Position numbers and translations under genes: made by a program. From an uncultured Anaerolinea sp. (GTDB lineage: Bacteria > Chloroflexota > Anaerolineae > Anaerolineales > UBA4823), in the NCBI GenBank assembly GCA_964416275.1, contig CAYQDU010000003.1, forward strand, positions 1 through 62,131: a stretch of DNA of 62,131 nucleotides. Reading direction: 5' to 3'. This document shows positions 1 through 9,000 of the stretch, in pieces; position 1 is the first letter of the stretch; each line of letters opens with the position of its first letter. Below the pieces are notes generated by a model that saw only the letters and a program-made list of their open reading frames with translations, had not been told where the DNA came from and made no database searches.

Positions 1-928
1 TGGTCAGCGAGCCGCCTTCTTCGATGTTGCGGGCGGCGCCGAAGAAGCGCTTGGGTGGGTACAGGGCCGAGGGGTCGATGCCGCCGGAGAGGGTGCGCCC
101 GGAGGGGGTGACCACCAGGTTATAAGCCCGGGCCAGGCGGGTGATCGAGTCCATCAGGATGACTACATCGCGCCCGATTTCGACCAGGCGCTTGGCGCGC
201 TCGAGGGCCATTTCGGCCACCCGCACGTGCGAAGTCACTGGCTCGTCGAAGGTTGACGAGATCACTTCGGCGTCTACCGAGCGATCCATATCGGTCACTT
301 CTTCCGGGCGCTCGCCGATCAGGGCCACCATCAGATGCACTTCGGGGTATTTCGTGGAGATGGCATTGGCGATTTGCTTGAGGATCGTGGTTTTACCGGC
401 CTTGGGCGGCGAGACGATCAGCCCGCGCTGGCCGCGCCCGATGGGCGTGACCAGGTTGATCAAGCGGGTCGCCAGGGTGTGGCGATCCATTTCCAGGTCG
501 AAGCGCTTATCCGGGAAGATCGGCACCAGCGACTCAAACGTGGGCCGGTACTTGGCCTCTTCCGGGTTGATGCCGTTGACCGACTCGACCTTGAGCAGGC
601 CGTAGTGGCGCTCGGATTCGCGCGGCGGGCGCACGTTGCCGATCACCAGGTCGCCGTTGCGCAGGTTGTAGCGCCTGATCTGCGATTGCGAGACGTAGAC
701 ATCATACGGGCCTGGCTGATAATGCCCGGAGCGCAGGAAACCGATGCCTTCGCTCATGATTTCCAGGATGCCGCCGCGCATTTCCAGGCCCTGCCGTTCG
801 GCTTCGGCCTGCTGAATGCGCAGGATCAAATCTTCTTTCTTGAGACGGTTGGCGTTGGCAACCTCGAGGTCGCGCGCCATTTGGCGGAGCGCCGCCAGGG
901 GGACATTTTCCAGTTCTAAGACTCTCAT
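1..928 (-). CDS. rho: Transcription termination factor Rho (3' end runs off the window)
   Basis: Not in the ORF track because it is open at the edge. Manual minus-strand translation from ATG at 928: MRVLELENVPLAALRQMARDL...GILEIMSEGIGFLRSGHYQPGPYDVYVSQSQIRRYNLRNGDLV...PIGRGQRGLIVSPPKAGKTT (Walker A)...LIGERPEEVTD...ILMDSITRLARAYN...SGRTLSGGIDP...KRFFGAARNIEEGGSLT. Confidence 0.96.
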   Translation of the reverse strand, partial: MRVLELENVPLAALRQMARDLEVANANRLKKEDLILRIQQAEAERQGLEMRGGILEIMSEGIGFLRSGHYQPGPYDVYVSQSQIRRYNLRNGDLVIGNVRPPRESERHYGLLKVESVNGINPEEAKYRPTFESLVPIFPDKRFDLEMDRHTLATRLINLVTPIGRGQRGLIVSPPKAGKTTILKQIANAISTKYPEVHLMVALIGERPEEVTDMDRSVDAEVISSTFDEPVTSHVRVAEMALERAKRLVEIGRDVVILMDSITRLARAYNLVVTPSGRTLSGGIDPSALYPPKRFFGAARNIEEGGSLT

Positions 929-1160
929 GTTGACCTGTTCTGTATGGGATCGTAGGTATTCACCTGAGTGAATGGCTGTTCGAATGGGGTATAGGATAAG
1001 CTGTCACTGGCTGTCGCCCAAATTTCAGGTGAGCCAGCGGTTTTTGGGTGAAGTTGTAAAGCTCAGGAACGGATCACGAATCAGGGAAGTAGTTGGGGTA
1101 CAAGGTATGGGTGAGAACATCGGAAGGATTCAAATATATCCGAGCGCTTCCCCTGGCAAA

Positions 1161-1169
1161 ATTATACCA
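1161..1169 (-). promoter_or_regulatory. Candidate extended -10 promoter (TGgTATAAT) for rho
   Basis: The minus strand reads TGGTATAAT in the AT-rich intergenic gap, about 230 nt upstream of the rho ATG. Confidence 0.55.
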
Positions 1170-1243
1170 CAGGGAAAACAGAATATCGGGGCCTATTTGA
1201 AGTTTATCCAGGTTGCGCCGGGCAAACTCCAAAGAATAGCGCC

Positions 1244-1828
1244 CTATTCTTCCGGGCGCGTGACCCAGCGCTCCAACCCGGCCGGCGGTTGGTAGGCGGC
1301 CAGTTGGTCGAGCAGGGTTTCCGGTTCCCCGGCGGCCTGGAACAGGGCCTGGTGTTCGGCGTAGATAAAGCCCTCGCTCCGGGCGCGCGCCACCAGGGCC
1401 AGCAGAGGGGCGTAGTAATCCAGGGTATTGAGCAGGCCCACCGGCTTGGCGTGCAGGCCGATCTGGGCCCAGGTGATGATTTCGAAGAACTCCTCGAACG
1501 TGCCATAGCCGCCGGGCAGGGCCACGAACGCGTCGGCGGCCTCGGCCAGGCGGGCTTTGCGCACGTGCATGGTGGCGGTCACCTCCAGGCGGGTCAGCCC
1601 GGTGTGGCACAACTGGGGGGTGTTGAACATTTCGGGGATCACCCCCACCACCTGCCCGCCGGCGTCCAGGGCGGCCTGGGCCACCGCGCCCATCAGGCCG
1701 GTGCTGCCCGCCCCATACCACAGCGTCCAGCCGCGGCGAGCCACGGCCTGGCCCATCTGGCGAGCGGCGGCCAGGTATTCGGGCCGGATTTTATCCGAAG
1801 AACCGCAGTAAATGCAGATCGAATTCAT
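1244..1828 (-). CDS. LOG-family nucleotide phosphoribohydrolase (TIGR00730-type Rossmann fold)
   Basis: ICIYCGSS, LWYGAGSTGLMGAVA, MHVRKA and the PGGYGTFEE signature (PGGxGTxEE). Confidence 0.9.
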   Translation of the reverse strand: MNSICIYCGSSDKIRPEYLAAARQMGQAVARRGWTLWYGAGSTGLMGAVAQAALDAGGQVVGVIPEMFNTPQLCHTGLTRLEVTATMHVRKARLAEAADAFVALPGGYGTFEEFFEIITWAQIGLHAKPVGLLNTLDYYAPLLALVARARSEGFIYAEHQALFQAAGEPETLLDQLAAYQPPAGLERWVTRPEE

Positions 1829-1829
1829 G

Positions 1830-2492
1830 TCATTTTCCAGAGGCCAGGTTGTGGGCCTGGCGGGTTGTTTCGGGCAGGCGATATTTGGGCGCGCAGGCCA
1901 GGACGATTTGCAGGGCGCTTTCCAGGCTCACCCGGTGGCCGGGCGACACGTACAGCGGCTTTACGCCGGGCCGGGTGCGCAGGGCCGCGCCGATGACCTG
2001 CCCGCCGTCCAGCAGCGGTTGCCAGTCGCCGCGCGCCTCGCCCAGGGTGGCGTGCCGCCCGCTCAGGCGCGACTTCGCCACGCCGATGCTGGGCAGGCCG
2101 GTGAGCAGCCCCAGGTGGCAGGCGATCCCCAGCCGGCGCGGGTGGGCCGTCCCCTGTCCGTCGCACAGCAGTATATCCGGCAGGGCCGAGAGCCGCTCGA
2201 TCGCTTCCAGCACGGCCGGAACCTCGCGGAACGAGAGCAGCCCCGGCACATAGGGAAAGCGAGTGGGCTGGCGGGCCAGGGCGGTCTCTGCCAGGGTCAG
2301 CTCGGGGTAGCGCAGTACGGCCACCGCGGCGCGGGTGGTCTGCCCGTTGTCCTCGAAGCCGACATCGACCCCGGCCACCGTGCGCAGCAGCCCGAATTCG
2401 TCGTGTACAATCACCCGGTCGCGCAGTTCGTTCTGGATGGCGATGGCCTGTCCGATAGAGACATCCCAGGAATGCAGGGCAGGGAAAGGCAT
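1830..2492 (-). CDS. nfi: Endonuclease V (deoxyinosine 3' endonuclease)
   Basis: [71 protein letters not shown]. Start moved to the ATG at 2492 because the upstream in-frame residues look non-homologous. Confidence 0.93.
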   Translation of the reverse strand: MPFPALHSWDVSIGQAIAIQNELRDRVIVHDEFGLLRTVAGVDVGFEDNGQTTRAAVAVLRYPELTLAETALARQPTRFPYVPGLLSFREVPAVLEAIERLSALPDILLCDGQGTAHPRRLGIACHLGLLTGLPSIGVAKSRLSGRHATLGEARGDWQPLLDGGQVIGAALRTRPGVKPLYVSPGHRVSLESALQIVLACAPKYRLPETTRQAHNLASGK

Positions 2493-2531
2493 GGGGGTAA
2501 TTGTACCGCGATTGGGGGCCTTCGTCGTCCA

Positions 2532-2560
2532 TTGTCCAACCCTCCCACTTATGGTATCCT
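2532..2560 (+). promoter_or_regulatory. Possible sigma70 promoter for pgm (TTGTCC-N17-TATCCT, with TG extension)
   Basis: Hexamers at 2532-2537 and 2555-2560 with a 17-nt spacer, about 40 nt upstream of the pgm start. Confidence 0.35.
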
Positions 2561-2602
2561 TCAATCCAAATTGCATGATTGGCGAGGAGAGGAGGAAAAC
2601 CC

Positions 2603-4255
2603 ATGAGTCCCGATCCTTTGGCGGGCAAGCCCGCGCCGCAATCTCTGTTGGTTAACGTCCCACGCCTGGTGACGGAGTATTACGCTCTGCACCCTGATCT
2701 ATCGCAGCCGGGCAACCTGGTTTCGTTTGGCACGTCGGGCCACCGCGGCACGTCGGGCGATGGCAGCTTCAACGAGGATCATATTCTGGCGGTGTGCCAG
2801 GCGCTGTGCGATTATCGCCGCGCCCAGGGGGTGGACGGCCCGCTTTTCCTGGGTATGGATACCCATGCCCTGTCGGAGCCGGCCTGGGCCAGCGCGGTGG
2901 AGGTGCTGGCCGCCAATGGGGTGACGCTGATGGTGCAGCCCGGCCCCGACTATACCCCCACCCCGGCGGTTTCGCACGCCATCCTGACCTATAACCGCGG
3001 CCGCACCAGCGGGCTGGCGGATGGGGTGGTGATCACCCCCTCGCATAATCCGCCTACGGATGGCGGCTTCAAATATAACCCTCCCAACGGCGGTCCGGCT
3101 GATACCGGCACCACCAAAGTGGTGCAAGAGAACGCTAACCACCTGCTGCAAGACGGGCTGAAAGGCGTGCGGCGCATGCCACTGAACCGGGCGCTGCACT
3201 GCGATACCACCCACGCATACGATTTCGTGCTGCCCTATGTGCAGGACCTCAAGAACGTGGTGCAGATGGAAGCTATCGCCAGAGCCGGGGTCAAGATCGG
3301 GGTCGATCCGATGGGCGGGGCGGCGGTGCATTACTGGGACCCGATTGCCGAGACCTACGGCCTCGACCTGGAAGTGGTCAACCGGGCGGTAGACCCCACC
3401 TTCGCCTTTATGACTGTCGATCACGACGGCAAAATTCGCATGGACTGTTCTTCGCCCTATGCTATGGCCGGGCTGATCGGGCTGCGCGAGCGCTTCCGCA
3501 TTGCCTTTGGCAACGACCCCGACGTAGACCGGCACGGCATTGTCACGCCCGAAGGCGGGCTGTTGAATCCCAACCACTACCTGGCGGCGGTGATCTGGTA
3601 TCTGTTCCAGCACCGCCCCGGCTGGCGGCCCGACGCGGCGGTGGGCAAGACCCTGGTTTCGAGCGGGATCATCGACCGGGTGGCGCGCAAGTTGGGCCGC
3701 CGCCTGGCCGAAGTGCCGGTGGGCTTTAAGTGGTTTGTGGATGGGCTGATCGATGGCTCGTACGGCTTTGGCGGCGAGGAGAGCGCCGGGGCCTCCTTCC
3801 TGCGCATGGATGGCACGGTCTGGACGACCGACAAGGACGGGATCATCCTCGACCTGGCCGCGGCCGAGATGACCGCTGTGCTGGGCGAAGACCCCGGCCA
3901 GGTATATCGCAAGCTGGAGGCCGAGTTTGGGCGCACCTATTACGCCCGCTTTGAAGCCTACGCCTCGCTGGCCCAGAAAAAGGTGCTTAGCAACCTCTCG
4001 CCCGACCTGGTGCAGGCCAGAGAGCTGGCCGGATCGCCCATCACCGCCCGCCTGGTGCGGGCCCCCGGCAATGACGCCCCGATTGGCGGGCTGAAGGTCG
4101 TCACCGAGGCGGGGTGGTTCGCCGCCCGCCCCTCGGGGACGGAGGAAATTTACAAAATCTACGCCGAAAGCTACGCGTCGGAAGAACACCTGCGCCGCTT
4201 ACAATCCGAAGCGGCCGCCCTGGTGAGCGACGTATTCAAAGCGGCCGGGGTGTAA
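2603..4255 (+). CDS. pgm: Phosphoglucomutase (alpha-D-glucose-1,6-bisphosphate-dependent)
   Basis: FGTSGHRG, catalytic TPSHNPP, metal loop [26 protein letters not shown] ribosome-binding site ahead of the ATG at 2603. Confidence 0.95.
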   Translation: MSPDPLAGKPAPQSLLVNVPRLVTEYYALHPDLSQPGNLVSFGTSGHRGTSGDGSFNEDHILAVCQALCDYRRAQGVDGPLFLGMDTHALSEPAWASAVEVLAANGVTLMVQPGPDYTPTPAVSHAILTYNRGRTSGLADGVVITPSHNPPTDGGFKYNPPNGGPADTGTTKVVQENANHLLQDGLKGVRRMPLNRALHCDTTHAYDFVLPYVQDLKNVVQMEAIARAGVKIGVDPMGGAAVHYWDPIAETYGLDLEVVNRAVDPTFAFMTVDHDGKIRMDCSSPYAMAGLIGLRERFRIAFGNDPDVDRHGIVTPEGGLLNPNHYLAAVIWYLFQHRPGWRPDAAVGKTLVSSGIIDRVARKLGRRLAEVPVGFKWFVDGLIDGSYGFGGEESAGASFLRMDGTVWTTDKDGIILDLAAAEMTAVLGEDPGQVYRKLEAEFGRTYYARFEAYASLAQKKVLSNLSPDLVQARELAGSPITARLVRAPGNDAPIGGLKVVTEAGWFAARPSGTEEIYKIYAESYASEEHLRRLQSEAAALVSDVFKAAGV

Positions 4256-4338
4256 TCGCCCGACAGGGGGATGTCCTTTCGTTTTCTTGATCGCAGGCCG
4301 GCGGCGCATACAATGCGCCGCCGGCCTGCAAAAATATA

Positions 4339-4502
4339 GTTCTTCCGGCCTCGCCGGGAAAGAAGTTCACTTGTGGGGTTTGCAGATGGCGTAGCCATCT
4401 GCAAACCCCACAAGTTATCCTGCAGAAAGAAAATTCCCGCCTTTGGCGGAAGGGTATCACCGCTTGCCAGTCACACCCACCCCGGTTGCGTGGGGGGCTG
4501 CC
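4339..4502. repeat. Mosaic of intergenic palindromic modules (R3 4339-4367 minus, 22-bp perfect hairpin 4369-4415, R5 4430-4452, R1 4466-4502)
   Basis: Each module has recognisable copies elsewhere in the window (see findings). Confidence 0.75.
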
Positions 4503-4728
4503 GCCCAAGGATCCCCGTTTTATGGCGCAAAACACGCCAAACAAGGTCATCCTTGCACAGTTGTTAAGCATAAAAAGAGTGATTTTGTGTCATAAACCCA
4601 ATTTTGCCTCTTATCAATCTAGAAAAAAGCATGATAATTAGGCAATCCTACAATCAGCTTCATCCTACACATAATAATAGGTTTGCTTCCCGAGTTTCGG
4701 TCGGGCCTGTAGGTTAATACGACTGAGA

Positions 4729-5940
4729 ATGTCTGATAACAATCATTCTGATGGTTTCGCGCGGCGCGGCGCCAGGCTGTCGATCCTGGCGCTGGTCATC
4801 ATCGCCGGGGTTGGCTTGATCGCGTTGTTCGTCTACGCCCTCTCGCCTGGCCCGGCTGTTCCCGCGCCGGTGGGCAGCGATTTTCCCGGCGCTGCGTCTC
4901 CACCCACCCAGGCCCCGGTCGCCTCAGAGACGGTCCCCATCACCCAGGTGGTGGCCGACATTAACGGCCGCATTGTGACCCTGGAGACGGTGCAGACAAT
5001 GGCCCATGTCGACCAGGCCATGAGCGACCTGTTCGGCGCGCCATCTACCCCCGATTTGCTCGACCGGGCAGTGAACGGCGAGCTGGTCTGGCAGGCCGCC
5101 CAGGCGGCCGGAGAGCCGGCCGCCGCCCCGGTTTCGGATGCCGATCTGGCAGCCTGGCTGAACCAGGCCGGGCGCAGCCAGGCCGAACTGGCCGCCGCTC
5201 TTGATGCGCATGGGATCGATCTGGACGCCTTCCGGGTTTATTTTGCTCGCTTGCAGTTGGTAGAACGTTTTTCAGCCCGGCAGGCCGCTGGGCTGGGGAT
5301 CGGCCCGGAGGAATACGTGCGCCGGCTTCAGCGCCAGGCGCAGATCAGCTTTGGCCCGGCTGCAGCCGGGCTGGCAAACCAGGCCCAGGCGGTTTCTACC
5401 GCCGCTCCCAGCGGCGATCCTGGCGCGCAGACCGTTGCCGCGCCGCAGGTCAGCGTGACGACCAGCGGCGCGCCGGCCGCGCCGCCCGTCGAAGTTGGCC
5501 CGCACGAGGGTCTGCTGGCCCCGCCGTTTGAACTACCGGCCCTGGGCTCCGCTGGCCCCAGCCTGTCGCTGGCGGCGTTGAACGGTAAGCCCGCCGCGCT
5601 GACCTTCTTTGCCACCTGGTGCCCCTACTGCCGCCGCCAGACCCCGCTGTTGGTGGAGGCGGCCCGCAAATACGCCGGCTCGGTGCAGTTCGTGGGGATC
5701 GATGTGGGTGAGAATGAGGCCCAGGCCCAGGGTTACATCAAAGAGATGGGCATCTCCTACCCGGTGGCGCTGGACGACGCCAGCCAGGTGGGCGGGCTGT
5801 ACGCCGTGACCGGCTTTCCGACCACGTTTTTCATCGACGCCCAGGGGGAAATCGTCCGGGTGCAGGTGGGGTTGATGTCGGCTGAGGATTTAGAGGCGCA
5901 GTTGCAGCAATTGTTGACTTCATCCGACATAGAAAACTGA
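4729..5940 (+). CDS. Membrane-anchored SurA N-terminal-like chaperone domain fused to a TlpA/redoxin thiol-disulfide oxidoreductase
   Basis: N-terminal TM helix (LSILALVIIAGVGLIALFVYAL) and Pro-rich linker; VVADINGRIVT...LLDRAVNGELVWQAAQAAG...LRRQAQISF resembles SurA_N; the C-terminal domain has APPFEL, FFATWCPYCRRQTP (CxxC), FVGIDVGE, YPVALD and GFPTTFFID. Confidence 0.75.
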   Translation: MSDNNHSDGFARRGARLSILALVIIAGVGLIALFVYALSPGPAVPAPVGSDFPGAASPPTQAPVASETVPITQVVADINGRIVTLETVQTMAHVDQAMSDLFGAPSTPDLLDRAVNGELVWQAAQAAGEPAAAPVSDADLAAWLNQAGRSQAELAAALDAHGIDLDAFRVYFARLQLVERFSARQAAGLGIGPEEYVRRLQRQAQISFGPAAAGLANQAQAVSTAAPSGDPGAQTVAAPQVSVTTSGAPAAPPVEVGPHEGLLAPPFELPALGSAGPSLSLAALNGKPAALTFFATWCPYCRRQTPLLVEAARKYAGSVQFVGIDVGENEAQAQGYIKEMGISYPVALDDASQVGGLYAVTGFPTTFFIDAQGEIVRVQVGLMSAEDLEAQLQQLLTSSDIEN

Positions 5941-5954
5941 TGATCGATGGGGCT

Positions 5955-5988
5955 GGCCGGCATGCAGCGCGGCTGCATGCCGGCCTTT
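5955..5988 (+). terminator. Perfect 14-bp hairpin with a short T tract; possible weak terminator or processing stem
   Basis: GGCCGGCATGCAGC-GCG-GCTGCATGCCGGCC-TTT immediately after the stop at 5940. Confidence 0.35.
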
Positions 5989-6084
5989 CGATAACAATCT
6001 TTGCCGAATTCAGAAACGACCAAATATTCAGCCGGTCCGGGGGAATCGGCTCCACAATAGAAATGCGCGGCGCGGAGGTAGGGT

Positions 6085-9000
6085 ATGGATTCAAAATATA
6101 GCATTCGGTTTGTTTTGGGGCGTCTGCAGAAAGCAGCCCGGCGCACATCGGGCCGTGCGCTGCGCTTGTTCAACCTGGTGGTGGCCTGGACGATGCTGTT
6201 GAGCCAGGTCTTCCCGCTTTCGGTGGCCCTGGCGGCCGGGCTGGACGCCCCGGTTGGGCCGGCGGCGCGTCCGAACGACCCGTTCGCCTCGCTCCAGGGT
6301 GCGGCCGGAGAGTGGGAAGCCTCGCCTGCGCCCACGCTGAGCGCCCGCAGCCTGCCGGGCTGGTGGCAGCCCGCCGCCGCGCCGGTGGAAGGGCTGAATC
6401 AAAACCTGGCCCCTGCCTGGTTGAAACCAGAGTCTCCGGCGGCCCAGGCCCCGGCCGCGGCCGCCCTGGGCGGCGGTCTGACGCCCGGCTGGTTGAACGC
6501 CGCTGAAACGGCCGCGGTCGAGACGGCCAACAGTTCCCTGGGGTCTACGCTGACGCCTGGCTGGCTGGGCGCCGCTCCCGGCGGCCCGCAGGCCAGCGGC
6601 GCGCGCGGCCCGCTGAAAGCGCCCGGCGTTTGCCCGGCGGCGGCTAACCTGGCTTTGAACCTGATCCTGCCGGACTACACCATCAGCCGGGGCAACGCTG
6701 CCGGCGATGTGTATACCCTCACGGTGCGCAACACCAGCGCCATCAGCGTCCCCGAAGTCAGCCTGCTGATCGACCCGAACGCAGGCTTTTACTATCTGGC
6801 GGGCAGCGCCACGGCCAGCAGCTCGGTTTCTGGCACGCTGACCCTATCGGCCCCTCCGGCCAACACCGCCCCCGACGCGGCTTTTACCCTGACCCCGCTG
6901 GGCGCGCCCATCCCGCCTCAAAAGACCCTCCAGCCGGGCGAAATCATTACCCTGACCTTCCGCCTGGCGACTGACGCCAACGCCGCCTCTGGCCAGCAGT
7001 TGTTCGCCAGCCTGCAAAGCGGCTCGCCGGCGTCCACGTTCTGTAAAAGCACGGTCAGGAACGTGCCGACGGCGCGCGGCAACCTGGTGGTCGAGAAATC
7101 GCCCACCGTCCAGAACGGCAGTTACGGCGAGATCAAAACCTGGAACGTGACGTTGAAGAACACCGGCCTGGGCATGGTTTACGGCGGCCAGTTCGCCGAT
7201 GTAGCCGGGCCGGGGTATATCGGCCTGAATGTGGCCCCGGCGATTACGCCGGTCGATCTGGCCCCCAGCCAGATGGCCCTGTACACCGTCACCGCCCAGA
7301 TCAACGCCTGCACCAACTTGACCAATACCGTCAGCGCCTGGTGGTCGATTGGCAATTCGGACGGCACGGCCACCCTGGCGAACCCGTTGGAAGATGGGGT
7401 AGACATTTTGTATCTGCTCAGCGAGCCGGGCGTGAAGGTGGAAATGGGCGGGCTGCCCGCCCAGACCTACTGCGGCGCGTTGAGCGCCGATATTCCGATC
7501 ACCGTCACCAGCCTGGGGCCTGGCCCGGCCCGTAATCTGTCGCTGATCGCCCAGACCGGCGGGGTGAGCATTTCCACCAGCGACCCCCATTGGAGCCAGG
7601 CCGGCGACACCTTTACCTACCTGGGCGGGTCGCCGGTGGGGTCGCTGCTGGCTCATCAGGTGGTCACATTCACGCTGCATGTGACCTCGCCGCGCCTGTG
7701 CAATTCACAGACCCTGGCGGTGGACTTTACCCCTCACTTCCAGGATGCCTGCCAGCTTTTGGATTACAGCGGCGTGACGGGCAGCGCCTCCGTCTTGACC
7801 GCCAACGACGCCCCCAGCCTGGAACTGATCAAGAGCGGCCCGTCGGGGACGGTGTTGGCTGGAGACATATTTACCTACGAAGTCCACATCTCTGGTAATA
7901 ATCGGGAGATGATCGTGGCCCCCGGTGTGGTTGTGACCGACGTGGTCCCGGCCAACCTGGTGATCCAGAATGTTTCGACCACCGGCGGGCCGTTCGTGCA
8001 GGCCGGGCAGGCTATCACCTGGACGCTGCCCGCTACGGCCACGCCCGGCCCGTATAGCGAAACGCTGTATATCAAGGTACGCGTGCCGAACCAGGGCGAG
8101 CTGAGCTGCGCTGCGCCGCTGGGCATCACCAACATCGCTTATGCCCGGGCCCAGGGCTGCGCGCAGTGCGCGCCCATGGTCGTCTCGGATACGCTCACCA
8201 ATCGCCTGAACGATTACCAGCCCGGTTTGGGAGCCAGCATTACCCGCGTCACCCCGCCGGTGGAACTGTGCGCCCCGCCGACCACCTTCTCGAACCTGAT
8301 CGACATCACCAACGGCATCACCTGGGCGAACACCATTTTCAGCGACACGTTGGGCCTGGGCTTGCTCAGCCAACCGCTGCACGTGGTGGCCGGGAGCGTG
8401 AAGGTGCTGGTGAATGGCGCAGACCGCACCGCCGATGTGGCGACGACCCTGGGGCCGCCGCTGCGCATCGACTTAAGCGCCATCGGAACTTACAGTAATA
8501 CCGCCCAAATCGCCATTACCTATCAGGTGACGGCTTCTTTGGGGACGATTCCGTTCAATTCCTCCGAACAGACCATCTATTACCCAGCCGAGTTCCGGCT
8601 GGGCGGTAGCCCGCGCAGCGGCTGCCCCGGCGGCGACCTGGCCTACGCCGGTACGGAGGTGCGCCTGGTGCAGGGCGTGCTGGACTTCACCGTCACCCCC
8701 GGCGATGTATTGGCCTGTCACGTGAACAACGTGCTGCTCACGGTCAGCGGCATGAACAACAACACCCTGACCAACCACATGCAGGTCACCTTCCAGGCCG
8801 ACCCGAACGATATTTTCACGCCTACCCATTACACCCTGGGCGGTTCGTTTGCCGGGCTGACTCCAACGGTGCTGAAAGTGGGCAATGTAGTCACCTTCAC
8901 CTTCCCCACCGGGCAAGATTACGATGGGGTGGGAACTATCGTCTTCCCCCTGTTCCGCCCCTGCGGGGTGGAGACCACCCTCCAGGCGGGGGTGGTCTAT

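Noticed and set aside
141-919. Plus-strand ORFs 141-605 and 335-919
   Set aside because: Antisense shadows of rho, which is clearly encoded on the minus strand.
1244-2492. LOG + endonuclease V as a novel nucleotide-defence pair
   Set aside because: Both are ordinary housekeeping purine/deamination-repair genes with normal motifs; adjacency alone is weak evidence.
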